From the NCBI RefSeq assembly GCF_009914755.1, contig NC_060937.1: 64,000 nucleotides of DNA; one strand, given 5' to 3'. Positions 13,514-27,424 of the stretch are shown here, one piece after another. The position numbers were made by a program, and so were the translations under genes. Position 1 is the stretch's first letter. Each line of letters opens with the position of its first letter. This stretch comes from the human T2T-CHM13v2.0 reference genome, Homo sapiens. The notes under the pieces are model-generated. The model was not told the DNA's origin. It made no database searches and saw only the letters and a program-made list of their open reading frames with translations.

Positions 13514-15386
13514 TCAGGGTAATTTGGGGTGAGTGATGCTAGAGATTCAGGTAGACAGTATTAAGACTGAATTCAAATGCAGAGACTTCACAGGCTATCA
13601 AAGAAAAGGCTCAGAGGTTATGGACAAATAAATGACCACTAATATCTAGTCTATAGGAACACTAACTTCATGTTCTTTTATCATCTCAGTGGTTATTTTC
13701 GTAATCTCCTTGTTCATTTCTAGATCAAAGAAAAGTTTGTGAACATTTTTGAGAGAATAGAAATTATAGAGCTTGTTAAAGTTAGATTTTATTATTAAAT
13801 ATTTGTGCATTTGTTTCATTTTCAGAAATGTGAAATTTATTTAATGTTAACTTTCTAAGATTAAAATAATCAGAAGGGAATGTTCAGCCTATTCCTTTGA
13901 TCGTTTCCGTCCTTCTATTTCCTGTGCTTCTTTAATTTGTAGCCAACTTTGCACATGCATTACACATTGCAGAGCAAGGCACATTGAACCACACAGCTGA
14001 GAATGTTAGAGGTTGCATGGTTTATGAGAGAATTGCCCGTAGTCAGACTAGAACAATAGTAGTGGAAACTTTAGCACTTTGCTACCTAAGGTCCTTTTTG
14101 ACAATAGTATGTTTGAGTCAACTTGACAAATATTGGCAGTGGCCCAACCTATTTTCTACACAGAGCAGTTTTAAGCTGATAATTGTTGCACCTGATATAG
14201 AATCATTTTGGAAAGAGTTATCAACTGAAGTAAGCTAGACAAAACACCTGGCTTACTAACAGAGAATCTGGACAGTAAACATTAGTTTGGAAATAATTAT
14301 AGTAATTCCTTCCTGGAGGCCTTTGCCACGTCTTTGGCTTACAGGACTTGAGTTCACAGACTGATAGTAGAAAAAGATAAATACAAACCTTCAAATACGA
14401 AGTGAAAAGACTTATGTTTAGAATAAAGTAGGTTCATGGATGTAGTGATTTCCTATAGCCTTGAGGATGAAAACAAAAACTACTGTGAGAAATTGTCAGA
14501 ATCTACAGATTAGATATTAAAATCATTTTATATTTATATTTTGTATTTTACATTTCCCACTTTTAACAGAAACATAGTAAGAGTGGAATAATAAAGATAA
14601 TAGAAACAGAGTACTGACTACAGTATTTAATAAGTGACCAGAAAATGCCAAATATAAACGGGATTAGATTTAGGGACATCTAAACATGATATACTGAGAC
14701 TTTTCTCATCTGGGCCTGAAGGCTGATCGATCCTCATCAAAGGCCGATTCATTCAATGCTGTCATGTGCTTGCACAAAGTAGATGTTAAATAAATATTGA
14801 ATCTGCCTGAGTAAAGATGAATAAATTAGTGTCTTTCGAATATTGATGAATATACTTATTTTTAATTTATTTGGTCTAATTTCAGCATGATTGCATTGAG
14901 GCAGAATCAAATATTTTAAATAAGCTTATGACATTCTTAGGGTGCTTGTTCATAGGGATTCAATGATAATCCTTATGTTTGTTCCTAGGGATTGCAGATA
15001 TTCTCTGCAAATGGAAAGTACACCAAAGAAATTGCAACAATTTAGCATTTTGTCATTTCCCTCTGCCTGTCATCTGCCTTCACATTCCAAGGCTAATTTT
15101 TACCCGTTAGTATAGTCTATGGCACAAAATTAGAGATAAACATTGTGAAGAAAAAAACGTAAAGATGGCTATCTTTATATAGTGTTAATTTTTTGTTTAA
15201 TTGGAATACTCCATAACACATAGGAGAGAAATAAAATGCAATATGCTTTCTGAAGTTTTAAGAGGAAAATAGGAATATTGTCCATCCTGTTCCATTGTCT
15301 ATAGTATCAGAATAATGTCGTTTGCACAGAATTATCTGATAATTATTCTTTCTGGGATGCTTCAGTTCTTCTTTCTTATTATTGCC

Positions 15387-15749
15387 TGATATGGTTTGGC
15401 TGTGTCCCAACCTAAATCTCATCTCAAATTGTAGTTTCTTCCCATAATCCCCATGTGTCATGGGAGGAACCAGGAGGAGATCACTGAATCACGTGGTGGT
15501 TCCCCTTTCCTGTTCTAGTGATAGTGAGTTAGTTCTCATGAGTTCTGATGGTTTTATAAGGGACACTCATTCTTCTCTCTCCTGCCACAATGTGAAGAAG
15601 GACGTGGTTGCTTCACTTTCTGCCATGATTATAAGTTTCCTGAGGCCTCCCCAGCCATGCTGAACTGTGAGTCAATTAAAGCTCTTCCCTTTATAAATTA
15701 CTCAGTCTTAGGTGTGTCTTTATTAGCAGCATGAGAAAGGATTAATACA
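15387..15749 (+). mobile_element. THE1C/D MaLR solo LTR
   Basis: tgatatggtttggctgtgtccc...ctgaggcctccccagccatgctgaactgtgagtcaattaaa...taataca; 5-bp TSD ttgcc/atgcc. Confidence 0.92.
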
Positions 15750-16489
15750 ATGCCAAATCTGAAATATGTCAGTTTCTCCCAGAAAATAAGTTGCCACATA
15801 AAAAGGAATATTTACATTTTAAAACTCTGTTATGCTTTTTTAAAGTTGCTGAAGTCTGGAAAACTCTGAAACCTGTTAATAACAGCAGTGGACAAACCAA
15901 CTTGGATTAATATCTCAAATGATTCCTAATTCAGGCATATTTCAAAGGCCCATACTTTTCTCTGATGCTTTAAACCAATTATTTCAGGCATAGTGGAAGT
16001 CTTTTTCTTTACAAATGTCTCTGCTAGACAAAATAAAATGTTAGCTGACACATATAATGAATGTTTTAATTCACTGTGTGTAGATGGAAAATAGAACCCC
16101 TAAGAAAACCTTAAGAAGAAAGTTATCTCACAGTAATTTTCAGTTCCTCATTTCCCTGTGAATTATGCCTACTGATGTGGAATATTTCTTCAAGAAAGGT
16201 GGAAGATAATATGTAAAATAGTTGGTGACTTTTCATAGAGGGAAATGATAGGAAAGAGAATTTTATTTTACAGTTCACTAATCTATATTTGAACATGTAC
16301 AGTATTATATAGCTTACGTAATGTGATTTTTTTCTCCTCTACTCTTATTGAAAGTGTTTAGAAGGCATAGCCACTGTAAGAGAATTTTTTTTAAAGAAGG
16401 TTAATTTAATTTGTGATTCCCCATACTCTCCCCACTCAGCTCTACCTACCTATTCAATTTTACAAAGTTTTAGGGCAATAGGGGAAAAA

Positions 16490-17957
16490 GCCAGAAATAA
16501 ATCCATGTATCTACAGCCAAATAGTTTTCAACAAAGACACACACACAAAAAAACATACCTTAGGGAAAAGACATCCTTTTCAATAAATTCTGCTGGGAAA
16601 ATTGGTTATCTATAGGCAAAAGAATGAAACTGGACCCCTGTCTCTCACTATGTATAAAAATCGAGGTATACATTTAAACGTAAGACCTGAAAGTATACAA
16701 CTACTAAAAGAAAACATAGAAAAGACACTTCAGGTTATTGGTCTAGGCAAAGATTTCATGGCTAAGACCTCAAAAGCACAGGCAATAAAAATGGGATGAT
16801 GTTAAACTAAAAATCTTGTGCGTAGCAAAGGAAATAATCCACAGAGTGAAGGAACAGACTGTCAAATGGAGAAAATATTTGCAAATTATTCATCCAACAA
16901 GGAACTAATATCCAGAGTATACAAGAAACAACTCACCAGTAAAAAGACAAATAATCTCACTAAAAAGTAAGCAAATGACATGAATAAACATTTCTTGAAA
17001 GAAGACACACAAATGGCCAACAGACACACGAAAAAAAATTCAATATATCTAATCATCAGGGAAATACAAATCAAAAGGCCAGTGAAATATCAGTTTACCC
17101 TAGTTAGGATGGCTACTATCAAAGAGAGAAAAAAATAACAGATGCTGGCAAGGATTTGGGGGAAGGGAACACTGTTGATGGGTAATTAAATTAGTAAGAC
17201 CACTATGAAAAACAGCATGGAAATTTCTCAGAAAGCTAAAAACAGAACTACCATAAGATCCAGTAATCTCACTACTGGGTATTTATCCAAAGGAAAATAA
17301 ATCAGTATATAAAAATGATACCTGAACTTCCATGTTTATTGCACCACTATTGGCAATACCAAAGATATGAAATCAATCGAAGTGTCTACCAACAAATGAA
17401 TAGATAAGGAAAATGAGGTGTGTATACACAATGGAATAGTTTTCAGCCATAAAAAAAGAATCACATTCTTTCATTTGAAGCAACATGGATGGAACTGGAG
17501 GTCATTATGTTAAACGAAATGAGACAGGCACAAAAAGACAAGCATTACAAGTTCTCACTTGTATGTAGAAACCAAAAACGTTGTTCTCATGGTGGTAGAG
17601 AGTGGAAATGATAGATACCAAAGGCTGAGAAGAGTGTGTTGGTGGGAATGGGATGAAGAGAGGTAGGTTAACGGGTACAAGCATACAGTTAGATAGAAGG
17701 AATAAGTTTGAATGTTTCATAGCAGACTGCAGTGACTATAGTTAACAATATTGTATATGTCAATAATAATATTAACAATATTGTATATTTCAAATAGATA
17801 GAAAGTGCAAAATGTTTCCAACACATAGAAATTATAAATACTCAAGGTGATGGATATACAAAATACCTTTACTTGATTATTTCATATTCTATGCATGTAA
17901 AACATGCTACATGTACACCACAAATATGTACAAATATTACTTATCAATTTTTAAAAA
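16490..17957 (+). mobile_element. L1MA-type LINE: degenerate ORF2 C-terminus plus 3'UTR
   Basis: ccagaaataaatccatg..., aagaatgaaactggaccc, atcatcagggaaatacaaatcaaaa, ggatggaactggaggtcattatg; stops and frameshifts throughout. Confidence 0.92.
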
Positions 17958-18656
17958 TCCCGCAATCACAACTCTCCAAATACCACTAGAAGTGTTAAAG
18001 GAGACAAAATGAAGCAGAAGGAAAATACCCATAAGAAAGTCTATCATAATCTCTGCTTTGTATTTTCTTAGTAAAGCTAAAATTAATAAACATGAGTAGG
18101 TATATTCACCTCACTTTTGGAAAAAGATAGAAGATAAAAATAATCAATAATGTTGAAAGTCTACATCACATGCTGCCCATTCAGCTAGAAATAAACCTTG
18201 TTACTTGGGGTAAGAACAGGACAGTTTGTTTACCTGTTTACTATTTTTTTCTATGGGAGATATTGAAATCCGTGCTCTGAATTGTTATCCAGGCTTTTCA
18301 GATATACCTACATTCCCTACGTAAACACTTTTAATTCAGGAATATAAGCTGTTGATAAATATCTGTTACCAATAGTCTGTATATTATATATATGCTATTG
18401 TTATAGAATATAATGCACTACATTATATGTGATATATGTTTATAAATTATATAAGTAAAAATAATGAGGAATACAAAATACTTAATAGTAATATTTGTTG
18501 TTAATTGCTTCTTACAAAGAAACTAGGAAAAACTCTCAATTAGCATGATTATAAAGTATATTTTTATCCTTTTTATCCAGTCTAGAATCTCTTGGATGCT
18601 TTTCAAATTTCCATTGTTACATACAGACACTGAGAACTCTGCTTCTCAGGTACAAT

Positions 18657-19200
18657 CTGCAGTGGCTTTGTAACATGATACCTTTTCTAGAATGAACTAC
18701 ATTTCCCAGAATTCCTTTCTCCATATATTTTTGGTTAGAGTTGACCACAAGAGAGATTCTTGTGAAAGGCTGAGAAAGTTGAAATAAAGCAGGAGTCATT
18801 TGATAGCATACACCTACTGTCATTTATGTGCTCACTCCTCTCAGGATTGTGCGATAGGCACTAGTGCTGTGACTGCTCCGCCTTCCCTGAGATCCTCCTT
18901 CAGCAGTAGAGAATCTGGGCCCACGTGTTTAGCCCTGAGACAAAGACATTTGGCTTCTCAGGATGCCCACACCACCAATGACACAAGCAATAAGAACTGA
19001 CATATATTTTAGTCCTGCCTCATGGGTTCCCAGCTTGTGCTTCTATAGGTTCCAGCTTGTTCTTGACCTCTCCCATGTTACATCTATCTCCTCTTCCACA
19101 CCGGGTGTCCTGCATACTTCAAACTCTAACATCATATGTGAAGACAACGGGCTTACTGGACTGCTTAACTAGCTCCCACAATTTCATAAGGTCAACAAAG
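18657..19200 (-). mobile_element. Ancient ERVL LTR (LTR40/LTR41-like)
   Basis: gtggctttgtaacatg...gaactacatttcccagaattcc...gttgaccacaagagagattc; family assignment tentative. Confidence 0.55.
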
Positions 19201-19206
19201 ACCAAC

Positions 19207-19725
19207 TGTGGCGGTCTGCCTCCAAGAGGAGCCTCAATGCTCCCAGCCCCTGGTATTCAGATCCTTGTTAGTATCCTTCCACATTATAATCAATAAAATA
19301 TAGCATAAGCAATGGTATATAAGTACCAAGGTTATGCTATTAAAAAATTGCGCTTTTGTCTTAGGGGAGCTTAAGTTCTCTTCCCCCATTTGATGACTCA
19401 CTCTGGAAGAACAAGCTGCTATGTTATGAACAGCTCTGTCGAGATCTTTTGTGCCCAGGAACTGAAGTTTCTGACTAATAATCATTAAGAAACTGACAAC
19501 TGCCAGGAACCACTTGAGTGAGCTCATTAGTAAATCCTTCCCAGGTGTGCCTTCAGCTAGGTCTGCAGCCCTGACCAACGACTTGACCGCAGCCTCATAA
19601 GAGTCTGAGCCAGAACCACTCAGCTAAGTTACTCCTAACTCTCAAAAACTGTGAGACATATATGTTTGCTGTTTTAAGCTACTAAATTTTAAGGTAATTT
19701 GTAACACAGCAGTAATAACTACTCA
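19207..19725 (+). mobile_element. MLT1F-type MaLR LTR
   Basis: tgtggcggtctgcctccaag...gagccagaaccactcagctaag...tgttttaagctactaaattttaaggtaatttgtaacacagca. Confidence 0.85.
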
Positions 19726-20299
19726 GTACAATTTATCAAGTCCTATGCTTCACTAATGAGTTCATCAAAAGTTAAATTAATTCCGTCGAAGGTTTTCAAG
19801 TCTTCCTAAATAATATATATTCAGATTGTTATTATCAGGTAAAATTACTTTCTCTCTGACCTTAACATCTTTCCTATTTGTATTATCTCTACGAAATGTG
19901 TTCTCTTTATGTGTGTGGCATCTTTTCAGTCAGTGTATTATGACCCTAGGTAAAGTGTTTTAAAGGTTAATTACTAATTTGAATATGAGATGGAAACAGC
20001 CTTATCATTTTTGCAACACACAAATGGGAAGAGAGGGATCAGCTTTACTCTTATCTAAGTTGTGCATTGTCAAAGTCACTTTATCCTGCATCGTGACTTT
20101 AAACATAATCTATAAATCCTATTTCTCTCATATATTCCTGGGCCTCTTGCATTTCTTTAATTGCCAGATTTATATGTAAGCACTTTTTGACATCTTCAAA
20201 AGATAGCAAATTGACACCTCAAACTAAACATGTTCCAAATATCTCATATTCCATTGAGCTTGATAACCATTCTGCAGATAGTCTGTATTGATTCTAACA

Positions 20300-20840
20300 A
20301 CTTTCATGCAATCATTTTCTTTTTGCTTGGAAAAGTGGAAAACTTGATATCGTTAGCTTTGAGTACAAAACAGTTTTGACAATTAAAGTGTTTTTTAACT
20401 TATTTGCTGGTTTCTGTTGCCAAACTGGGTTATGCAAACATGAATTTCTTGCTCACAATATGCTATTTTTTAGCTTTATGAGTGTGAAATGTCACAGTGG
20501 AAATGTCAGCATCACTGGCAGTGACTTTTTAAATCTGGCTTCCTAATCAGTCTATTGCATCTATACGTGTTCATTTTCCAGCTTTCTGTGTATCTAGACA
20601 TGGTTGCACTGATAGAATCAGTGGCAGGTTTTTCATTTCAGTGATGCCTGGAAAATAATAACTCCTGGCAGCCACCCTATTTAAGGTGTTTCTCAGTGGT
20701 TCTGGAAGTCATTCCTGGAGGTTCAATGTAGATTTTGCCATTTAAGTTCTTCCAATATACTTACTCACTTTCCTATTAAGTCTCTTTCTGCCTAGAGTTG
20801 GATGGTAATTTCTAGGTGCTACAATAAACTCAAACTTATG
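20300..20840 (+). mobile_element. Ancient ERVL/MaLR-type LTR inserted in L2
   Basis: 3' end ttaagtctctttctgcctagagttggatggtaatttctaggtgctacaa resembles ERVL LTR R/U5; it interrupts the L2 register. Confidence 0.4.
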
Positions 20841-21186
20841 CCTTTCACTTCCTGTATGTCTACTTCACCCCAATGTTTCCCATCTCAGATAATTCCCTTT
20901 ATTCAGTTGCTTAAATGTAATTATCAGAGTCATCCTTGACTCCTTCTTTTGTCTCATCCTCATATACAAAACAACAGCCAATCCTATTGGCTAATATTAT
21001 TCTGAAATTTATTCAGAATTCAATCACTTTTTGTCACCTCTTCCTCTACCACCAAAGTTAAAGACAAGCTCACCTATTTCCTTAATTATTGTGATTCCCT
21101 TCTAACTTGTTCCCCTGATTCTAATCATGCCTTTCTATAATCTTTCCTTCATAAAGTAATTAGAGTGATGTATAAATATCAGTTAT

Positions 21187-21450
21187 TTGGGAGTCCGAGG
21201 CGGGCGGATTGCCTGAGGTCAGGAGTTCAAGACCAGCCTGGCCAATATGGTGAAACCCCATCTCTACTAAAAATACAAAAATTAGCCAGGCACGATGGTG
21301 GGCGTCTGTAATCCCTGCTGGGAGACTGAGACAGGAGAATTGCTTGAACCCGGAGGGAAAGGTTGCAGTGAGCCGAGACCGTGCTATTGAACTCCATCCT
21401 GGACAACAAGAGCAAAACTCTGTCTCAAAAAAAAAACAAAAAACAAAAAA
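21187..21450 (+). mobile_element. AluS (Sx/Sq-like), 5'-truncated
   Basis: Begins ttgggagtccgaggcgggcgg; A-rich tail; TSD-like tcagttat/tcggttat. Confidence 0.93.
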
Positions 21451-21499
21451 CCAAACTCGGTTATATCTCACAAACCTACGTAAAATTGCCGTGACTGAG

Positions 21500-21747
21500 T
21501 TAATCCCCTCACCATTTTCTCTTGCTTTATTTGTCTCTATAGCACTTACTATTTTCTGGTATAAGAACTATTTATTCAGCATTGGTTGATTGGCTCTTTA
21601 ACCAGTTTTTGTGCTCCCATCCGGAAAACCATCAGCCATATGAAAGTAACATTTTTTCCTGTCTATTTACTGCTATATCTCCAGCATCTAGAACAGCAGC
21701 TGTCACACAATAAGTTGCTCAACAGATATTTGTTGAACAAATGAATG
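21500..21747 (+). mobile_element. L2 3' terminus nested in the older L2
   Basis: ctgctatatctccagcatctagaacagcagctgtcacacaataagttgctcaacagatatttgttgaacaaatgaatg. Confidence 0.8.
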
Positions 21748-24579
21748 GCAGCCCTCCATTCTATCTCTGAATGACTCTTTATCTCACTAAGAATCAAGGA
21801 CATAGAGTTTTTCATCCCCTGTTATGCTCCACAGAGTCTGGCTCTCGGCTAACCCTGTAACCTCATTCCTACCTTTTTCATTTTGCTCCAGCCATATCGG
21901 CCTCACTGCTTTTCTGTGGACAGACCATACAGTGGTCACTTGAGGGCCTTTGCAGTTGCTGGTCCTTCTGCCTAGAATGTGCTTTTTCTAGCGATCTAGG
22001 TACCTTCCTTGCTTCTCAGTTTTTAATATTTTCTTTTTGATAGAAGATAGTATTTGATACATTTTTTGAATCTTTAAGCAATAATCAGGGTAAATGTATT
22101 CTTATCTTTATATGTAATTTAATGGGGAGCATATGGAGTACTGCATATTATTCTCATCCTATGAAAGCATATGGAACTCCTAAGATAGGCTTAGAATGAG
22201 TGACTAGGGCAATATTTTCTGCAAAAATGCAGACGATATATCAAATAGATTTTTAGCTCTGTGAAATGCCAAAGGAAGAGATGAGCCATTTGATAATTGC
22301 CAGAACCTTTCTCTGAAAGCTCACCAGGACCATGAGTCATTATTTAGGTGACAAGATGTCAGGATATGACAAGACATTTCTGTTATATAACATGACAAGG
22401 AGCTTAACCCAGTTCTAATGCTGAAAAATACAAGTCGAAGTAAAAATAAAAATGAAATAGGTCTTCCTTAGTTTCTTTGATGAAAAGATATCAAAGGACT
22501 TTATAAAGTACTTCTATTTTCAAAACGCACAAACTAAGATTCTAAGCCAAAAAGTAGGTGCATTTATAAATGGATACTCAAATGTTCCTTTAGTGATGTA
22601 TACAGCAATCTTAACAAAAACTTGGCAAAAGAACATAGCTTTGTCAGCTTGGTATATTAACTGTAAGGAAATAGTTTTTATTAAAAACAGAAGACTTTTT
22701 GTGGAATAAGAATCTAAAGTTTAGAAATATCTTATTTTTATAGATTTCCTAAATTTCTTTGGATATATTTAAAACTACATTAGAATGGTACAGGAGTGTT
22801 GTCCTGAAGAAAATAGAGCAGCTTCCACATAAATTTTAAAAGTATACATATTTAAAAAAAATTTTTAAAAACAACTGTTATTAAAAAATGACTTCAATGA
22901 AAAAGGATAAGTTTATCAGTGAAATAAACTACGTGATTTTTAAAAAAGACAACTTTAATACATTTAAATCACATTGAAAAATGATAATTTCAAATGTCAA
23001 TAATGGCTCCATGAATTAATAGAAGTGCAAAGCTTGCCAAGTCATTATTTGACATTAATTATAAGTTGAAAAGGATGTTGTGTCCATAAAATATTAGCTT
23101 CCATTGAAATTATGACCTAATGAAGTAATGGAACTTCTATTGAGGTTTATGATTAAACATACCCTTCAATTATGAAATGTTTTTGAAGCAAATTATTTTA
23201 TCTCTGAATCTAGTTACAATCAGTGAATCACTTAAACAACAGCTTAGACCACAAATAGTTGATGTACCAAAATTTGAAGGAGAATGTTATTGCACACTGT
23301 TTTCTCATTTAGTATGTAAACACATATAAACAGCCAACTTATTTAGGTAAAAGTGACACAAAGTTAAAATTTTTGAAGGAAGATGGAGTGAGCTAAGGTG
23401 ATATGGTGACATCTGCCTGAAATGTCTTCCATTAAAAGTTGTTTTAGTATGATTTCTTAACAAGGATCTATTTTCCTTTACTACACAGGTGTCCTTGTGT
23501 TAGGTAGAACTATAATCACTTTCAGAGTATAATTTTGACATTATTCTTACTTTCTAAAGCTCACATCCAAAGAGTCACAATAATAATCTAGTGAAGAATG
23601 AGTTTTTCTTAGACTCAAACTTTTTCACAATGCTCCTCTGAATTTATTTGCTGCTAAAAATGTGTACTTACCATATGAGCTATAGAAAAAAATAAGCTAC
23701 TGTAATCTCAAAAGCTCAGTTGAGAAAACGTTATTTATGAATAATTGTCTGGAATTTACTTAATTCATCTATTAGTCTAATACCCTGAAATCTATTTTTG
23801 GATTAAATCAACCAATCAAAAAACCACGTATCTATAAAATTGGTTTTAGGAATTGGCCTTTGTGTTAATTCCATCTACAGAATATTTGGAGCAGTATTAT
23901 GAGAAATATTTATAAGAAACTCATCCCCTCAATTTTATTTTAAAATGTTATTGGAAGGATATTAATTAATCAATATAATAATAAATGTAAATTACCAGGC
24001 AATAAGTTGAAGGCATTATTATAGAAATGTAGTATAAAATAATGGTGAAGAGATTAAATTTTAAAATTTTGCGGTCAATCATATCTAGGTTTTAGTTACA
24101 GCTTGTTTACTTAACACATGAGTGATGTTTGGCAAATTAGTCTTATTTTGTTTCTTCATCTTTATAAGAATGTAACAAAACATCACATGTAAGTCACTTG
24201 GCAGGTTTCATAGATCTGAATAAGAATTCATTAAATATCAAGAATTATCATTTCTAATAGTCTTTCTTTTTGAAGGCTATATGAAGAAAATATATCTGTG
24301 GTCTTAATTGATGAATGGTTATGCGGCACCTGAAAACTGTTTTATGTGACATAATCTTGTGATTTTTGTAGCCGTTTTTGCTTCCATTTTTATTTTACTG
24401 CAAAAATTTTAGAGCTCTGTATGTACCTGCTTCTAGAAATGGAATTTGACATTATGACTTTCCTGTACTCTTTTTGAAAATAATTTCACCTTTGGCTCCT
24501 GTTTAAAATTAACTAGTTTATTACTACTCTGTGAAGCACCTGTGCCAGTGAAAAAATCATATAAAAAGTCAGAAGCCAC

Positions 24580-25005
24580 TCTGTTTAATCAAGTAAAAGG
24601 TGCTTAGGATAATATTAGGGGTTTAAAACCACTGAAAGATCAAGAGAGTGGTAGTGAAGAGAGCTTCCACAATAGAGGATTTCACACCAACGTTGTCAAA
24701 TTGAAGCAGTGAAATCTGTTTCTCAGGAGCTAGTTTGTAAATTTCTGCAGTTGCCAAGATTCTCTAAGGAGGTCCTACCAACTACTTAGGTTGCAGTGAT
24801 GAAGTAAATAGTTCTCAAGAGCCGGGAGACATGCTGTAAATCTCTCCTCTGCATAAGCTTCAGGATGCAACTGCTTCTCAGAAATAATGGCTTCTGTTTC
24901 ACTTCTTTGTGCTAAATCACACGTGAACGCCTGTTATTGGCACACTCCAACTAGGAACCACATACAGGGAGGAGGATTCTGGGAAAAATAATCTTTAGCT
25001 TTAGA
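24580..25005 (-). mobile_element. Ancient LTR remnant (ERVL/MaLR)
   Basis: attggcacactccaactaggaacca...ggaggattctgggaaaaataatc motif typical of old ERVL LTRs. Confidence 0.4.
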
Positions 25006-25062
25006 AAAGAGTGGTGGTGCCTAATGGGCAACAGGTAAGGAAACACATCACCTTAAATACTG

Positions 25063-25340
25063 TTTCATTCATTCAACACAAATCTAGAGTATCTAGTACA
25101 TGCTTGCCAGATACTCTGAATACAATGCATGTCGTTTCTGATATAAGGAACTTTAAGGAAGGCAGTAATTGGGCTAGATGTCATAAGAATAGTGAGTACT
25201 GTCAAGGAGAATTCCAGAGGGTTGGAAAAGAAGTTAACAGGTATAAATATTACTAGGGGTAGAACAGTGGAGTTAAGGAAATAAAGTCATGTTAGTCTTC
25301 TGTAAGCACTAGATGTTTAAACTGAGAACTAAAGGAGAAG
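25063..25340 (-). mobile_element. L2 3' end, antisense
   Basis: ttcattcattcaacacaaat...gtacatgcttgccagatactctg. Confidence 0.6.
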
Positions 25341-25369
25341 GAGTCAAAATATCATTTATTATTTACCTG

Positions 25370-25548
25370 GCAACTTTCGTTTATTTCCTTTGTTCTTACA
25401 AAAATCATGAGACAATTATGAGTGTCTCCATTTGACAGATAGAGAAACTTATCTAAAGTCACACAGCTAGTAAAGGGCAGAACAAGAATGTGATTGAAAA
25501 GTTTACTAATTCAGTGTTCTATGCTTTCCATTCTTCTATACTGACTCT
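25370..25548 (-). mobile_element. MIR
   Basis: ctccatttgacagatagagaaact...aaagtcacacagctagtaaagggcagaac. Confidence 0.75.
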
Positions 25549-25757
25549 CATATCATCCAGGGTTACATTAATAAAGCAGGTACAATACAAACAATATGGA
25601 GAGAAAAATTAACTTTGTTGTTTTAAGAATTGTAGGTATAAATGATAATCTCACAAAAGCATAAAATTAAATTTTATATATTTATTTAAATGCAAATGCA
25701 GAAAAGATACATGTGATGCAGTAGAATGTAATTTAACTCATGCTTGTATATGTAAAT

Positions 25758-25903
25758 GGAGGAAGAAAAAATGAAAAATATATGGAGAGAGAAAGAAGAA
25801 ATGAAAGAAGGAAGGAAGGAAGGAGGGAGGGGGGAAGGAGGGAGGGAAGGAAGGAAGGAAAGAAGGAAGAAAGGAAAGAAGGAAGGAAAGAAAGAAGGAA
25901 AAG
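25758..25903 (+). repeat. Purine-rich (GGAA/GAAA/GGGA)n low-complexity tract
   Basis: Directly visible; source of the K/E/R-rich and F/S/P-rich spurious ORFs. Confidence 0.95.
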
Positions 25904-26737
25904 ACATTTTCTGCTTTCTCAGTTTATTCAGTCAACAAAGATAATTGATGATCACCATAAGCCTGTCCCTATTCTAGGAGTTGGTGATAAAAAGCTAAAT
26001 GATTTATGACACTTGCAGTCAAGGCCTGAGAGGAGAGGCAGGTAAGTAGTTAATGATGACAGATGTTACTTGAATGTGTCCTCCCATCTCCCTTTCTCTT
26101 CTGATATGTACTCTCCTACCTGTGTCACTTAGTTTCTCTGTATTTTAGTGCTTTCTGCTAGCCTCTCCATAACTTTTACTTTCATTCCACAACCAGCCCA
26201 CTCAAAATCTTTATTATTATAAAACCATTCAAAACATTAAACAACCCTGGTTTAAATATTAGAAGAGCATGTGATAAAATCTATAAGGAATATGTTATGA
26301 ATAACTAAGTGTGTCTTAAAGTATTAGATTTTCCAAATTTGGTTGTATATTAAAGAATTTATTTGTTATAACACAATTATGCCAGAACATCAGGAGCTTT
26401 ATCTGAAAAGTAGGTATTTCTGCACCTTGATAATTATAGTACAGAAGTTGACTTACTATCCATTTTCATCTCCATCACAAAATTATTGACCCAAATCAGC
26501 CAGACCAAATAAGTCCTATACCTGAAAGTTCAGTTCTCTAATACACTGAATGTCTAGAATCTTTATTTCTGGAAGTACTTCTTACTGGGAACATTATAAA
26601 TAAAAATAGATTAAATAAAATACAAATTCCTTGTGTAAGATAATAGTGAAAATGCTCTATAAATATAAAGCATTATCCTAATTATCAGCTTAGAAGTATA
26701 TTATATTGAAATAAGCCAAAGAAGGGGTAGGAATTTA

Positions 26738-27218
26738 TGTCACTCATGGTCCAACCAAAGAAACATAATCCAACTCAGATAATTAAATAGAGAGAATTCA
26801 ATAGAAGAATCTAATCATGACAGTTGCAAAAAGATGCAATGGCCAAGAAGGTGAAACACAAATTAGCAACAGATTAAGGTACTTCACCCACTGGGCTCAA
26901 GGTTCAAAAAGAGGAGTGGATGTTACCAGAACTCAGCAACTTGAACTGCCTGGTGGATTCTAAAGCTAGCAGTTGCTTCTCAGAGAGGGCATGTAGTCAC
27001 TGCCAGAGGTGTCACCTGAAGTGAAGAGGGAGATAGTGCCTTGGCTTCCTTCACCTTTTGTCCTCCAGTCTCCTTCCAGAGCATCCCAGTGATGAAATTT
27101 AACTGAAAGATAGTTCCCAGTGGAACCAGGAAATACAGTTTACAAGGGTCATCCCTTGAAACTCAGAGCAGAGTTGGGGGAAAGTGAGGTTTCCAAGCAA
27201 ACAAGCAGTGACTAGCAA
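26738..27218 (-). mobile_element. Ancient ERVL LTR (LTR33/LTR67-like)
   Basis: gtccaaccaaagaaacataatccaactcagataattaaatagagagaattcaata...cctccagtctccttccagagcatccc...ggaaatacagtttacaagg. Confidence 0.55.
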
Positions 27219-27424
27219 AACACCATTTTGAAATGGTTACTCTTTTTTTCCTCATTTCCTAAAATTGTTATGAACATTAACTTACATCTTTGTTAATACT
27301 ATTATAAATGAGTTAAGACATGCTCTGAAATGAATTGTGTATTTTTTAATAAAAAATCAATTTCTCAGCTTGATGAATCTATTTGTACATGGTGTCCACA
27401 TATTCCAATGATTATAAATAGAAG

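Larger units (their letters stand above)
20090..22015 (+). mobile_element. L2a, fragmented by nested LTR, Alu and second L2 insertions
   Basis: cacctcaaactaaacatgttcc (~20220); gagtcatccttgactcc (~20930); tgctccagccatatcggcctc...agggcctttgcagttgctggtccttctgcctagaatg (21885-21980). Confidence 0.75.

Noticed and set aside
17742-17795. 30-bp tandem duplication ttaacaatattgtatat
   Set aside because: Ordinary slippage within an old L1 3'UTR.
25686-26009. K/E/R-rich and F/S/P-rich ORFs
   Set aside because: Translations of the GGAA low-complexity tract.
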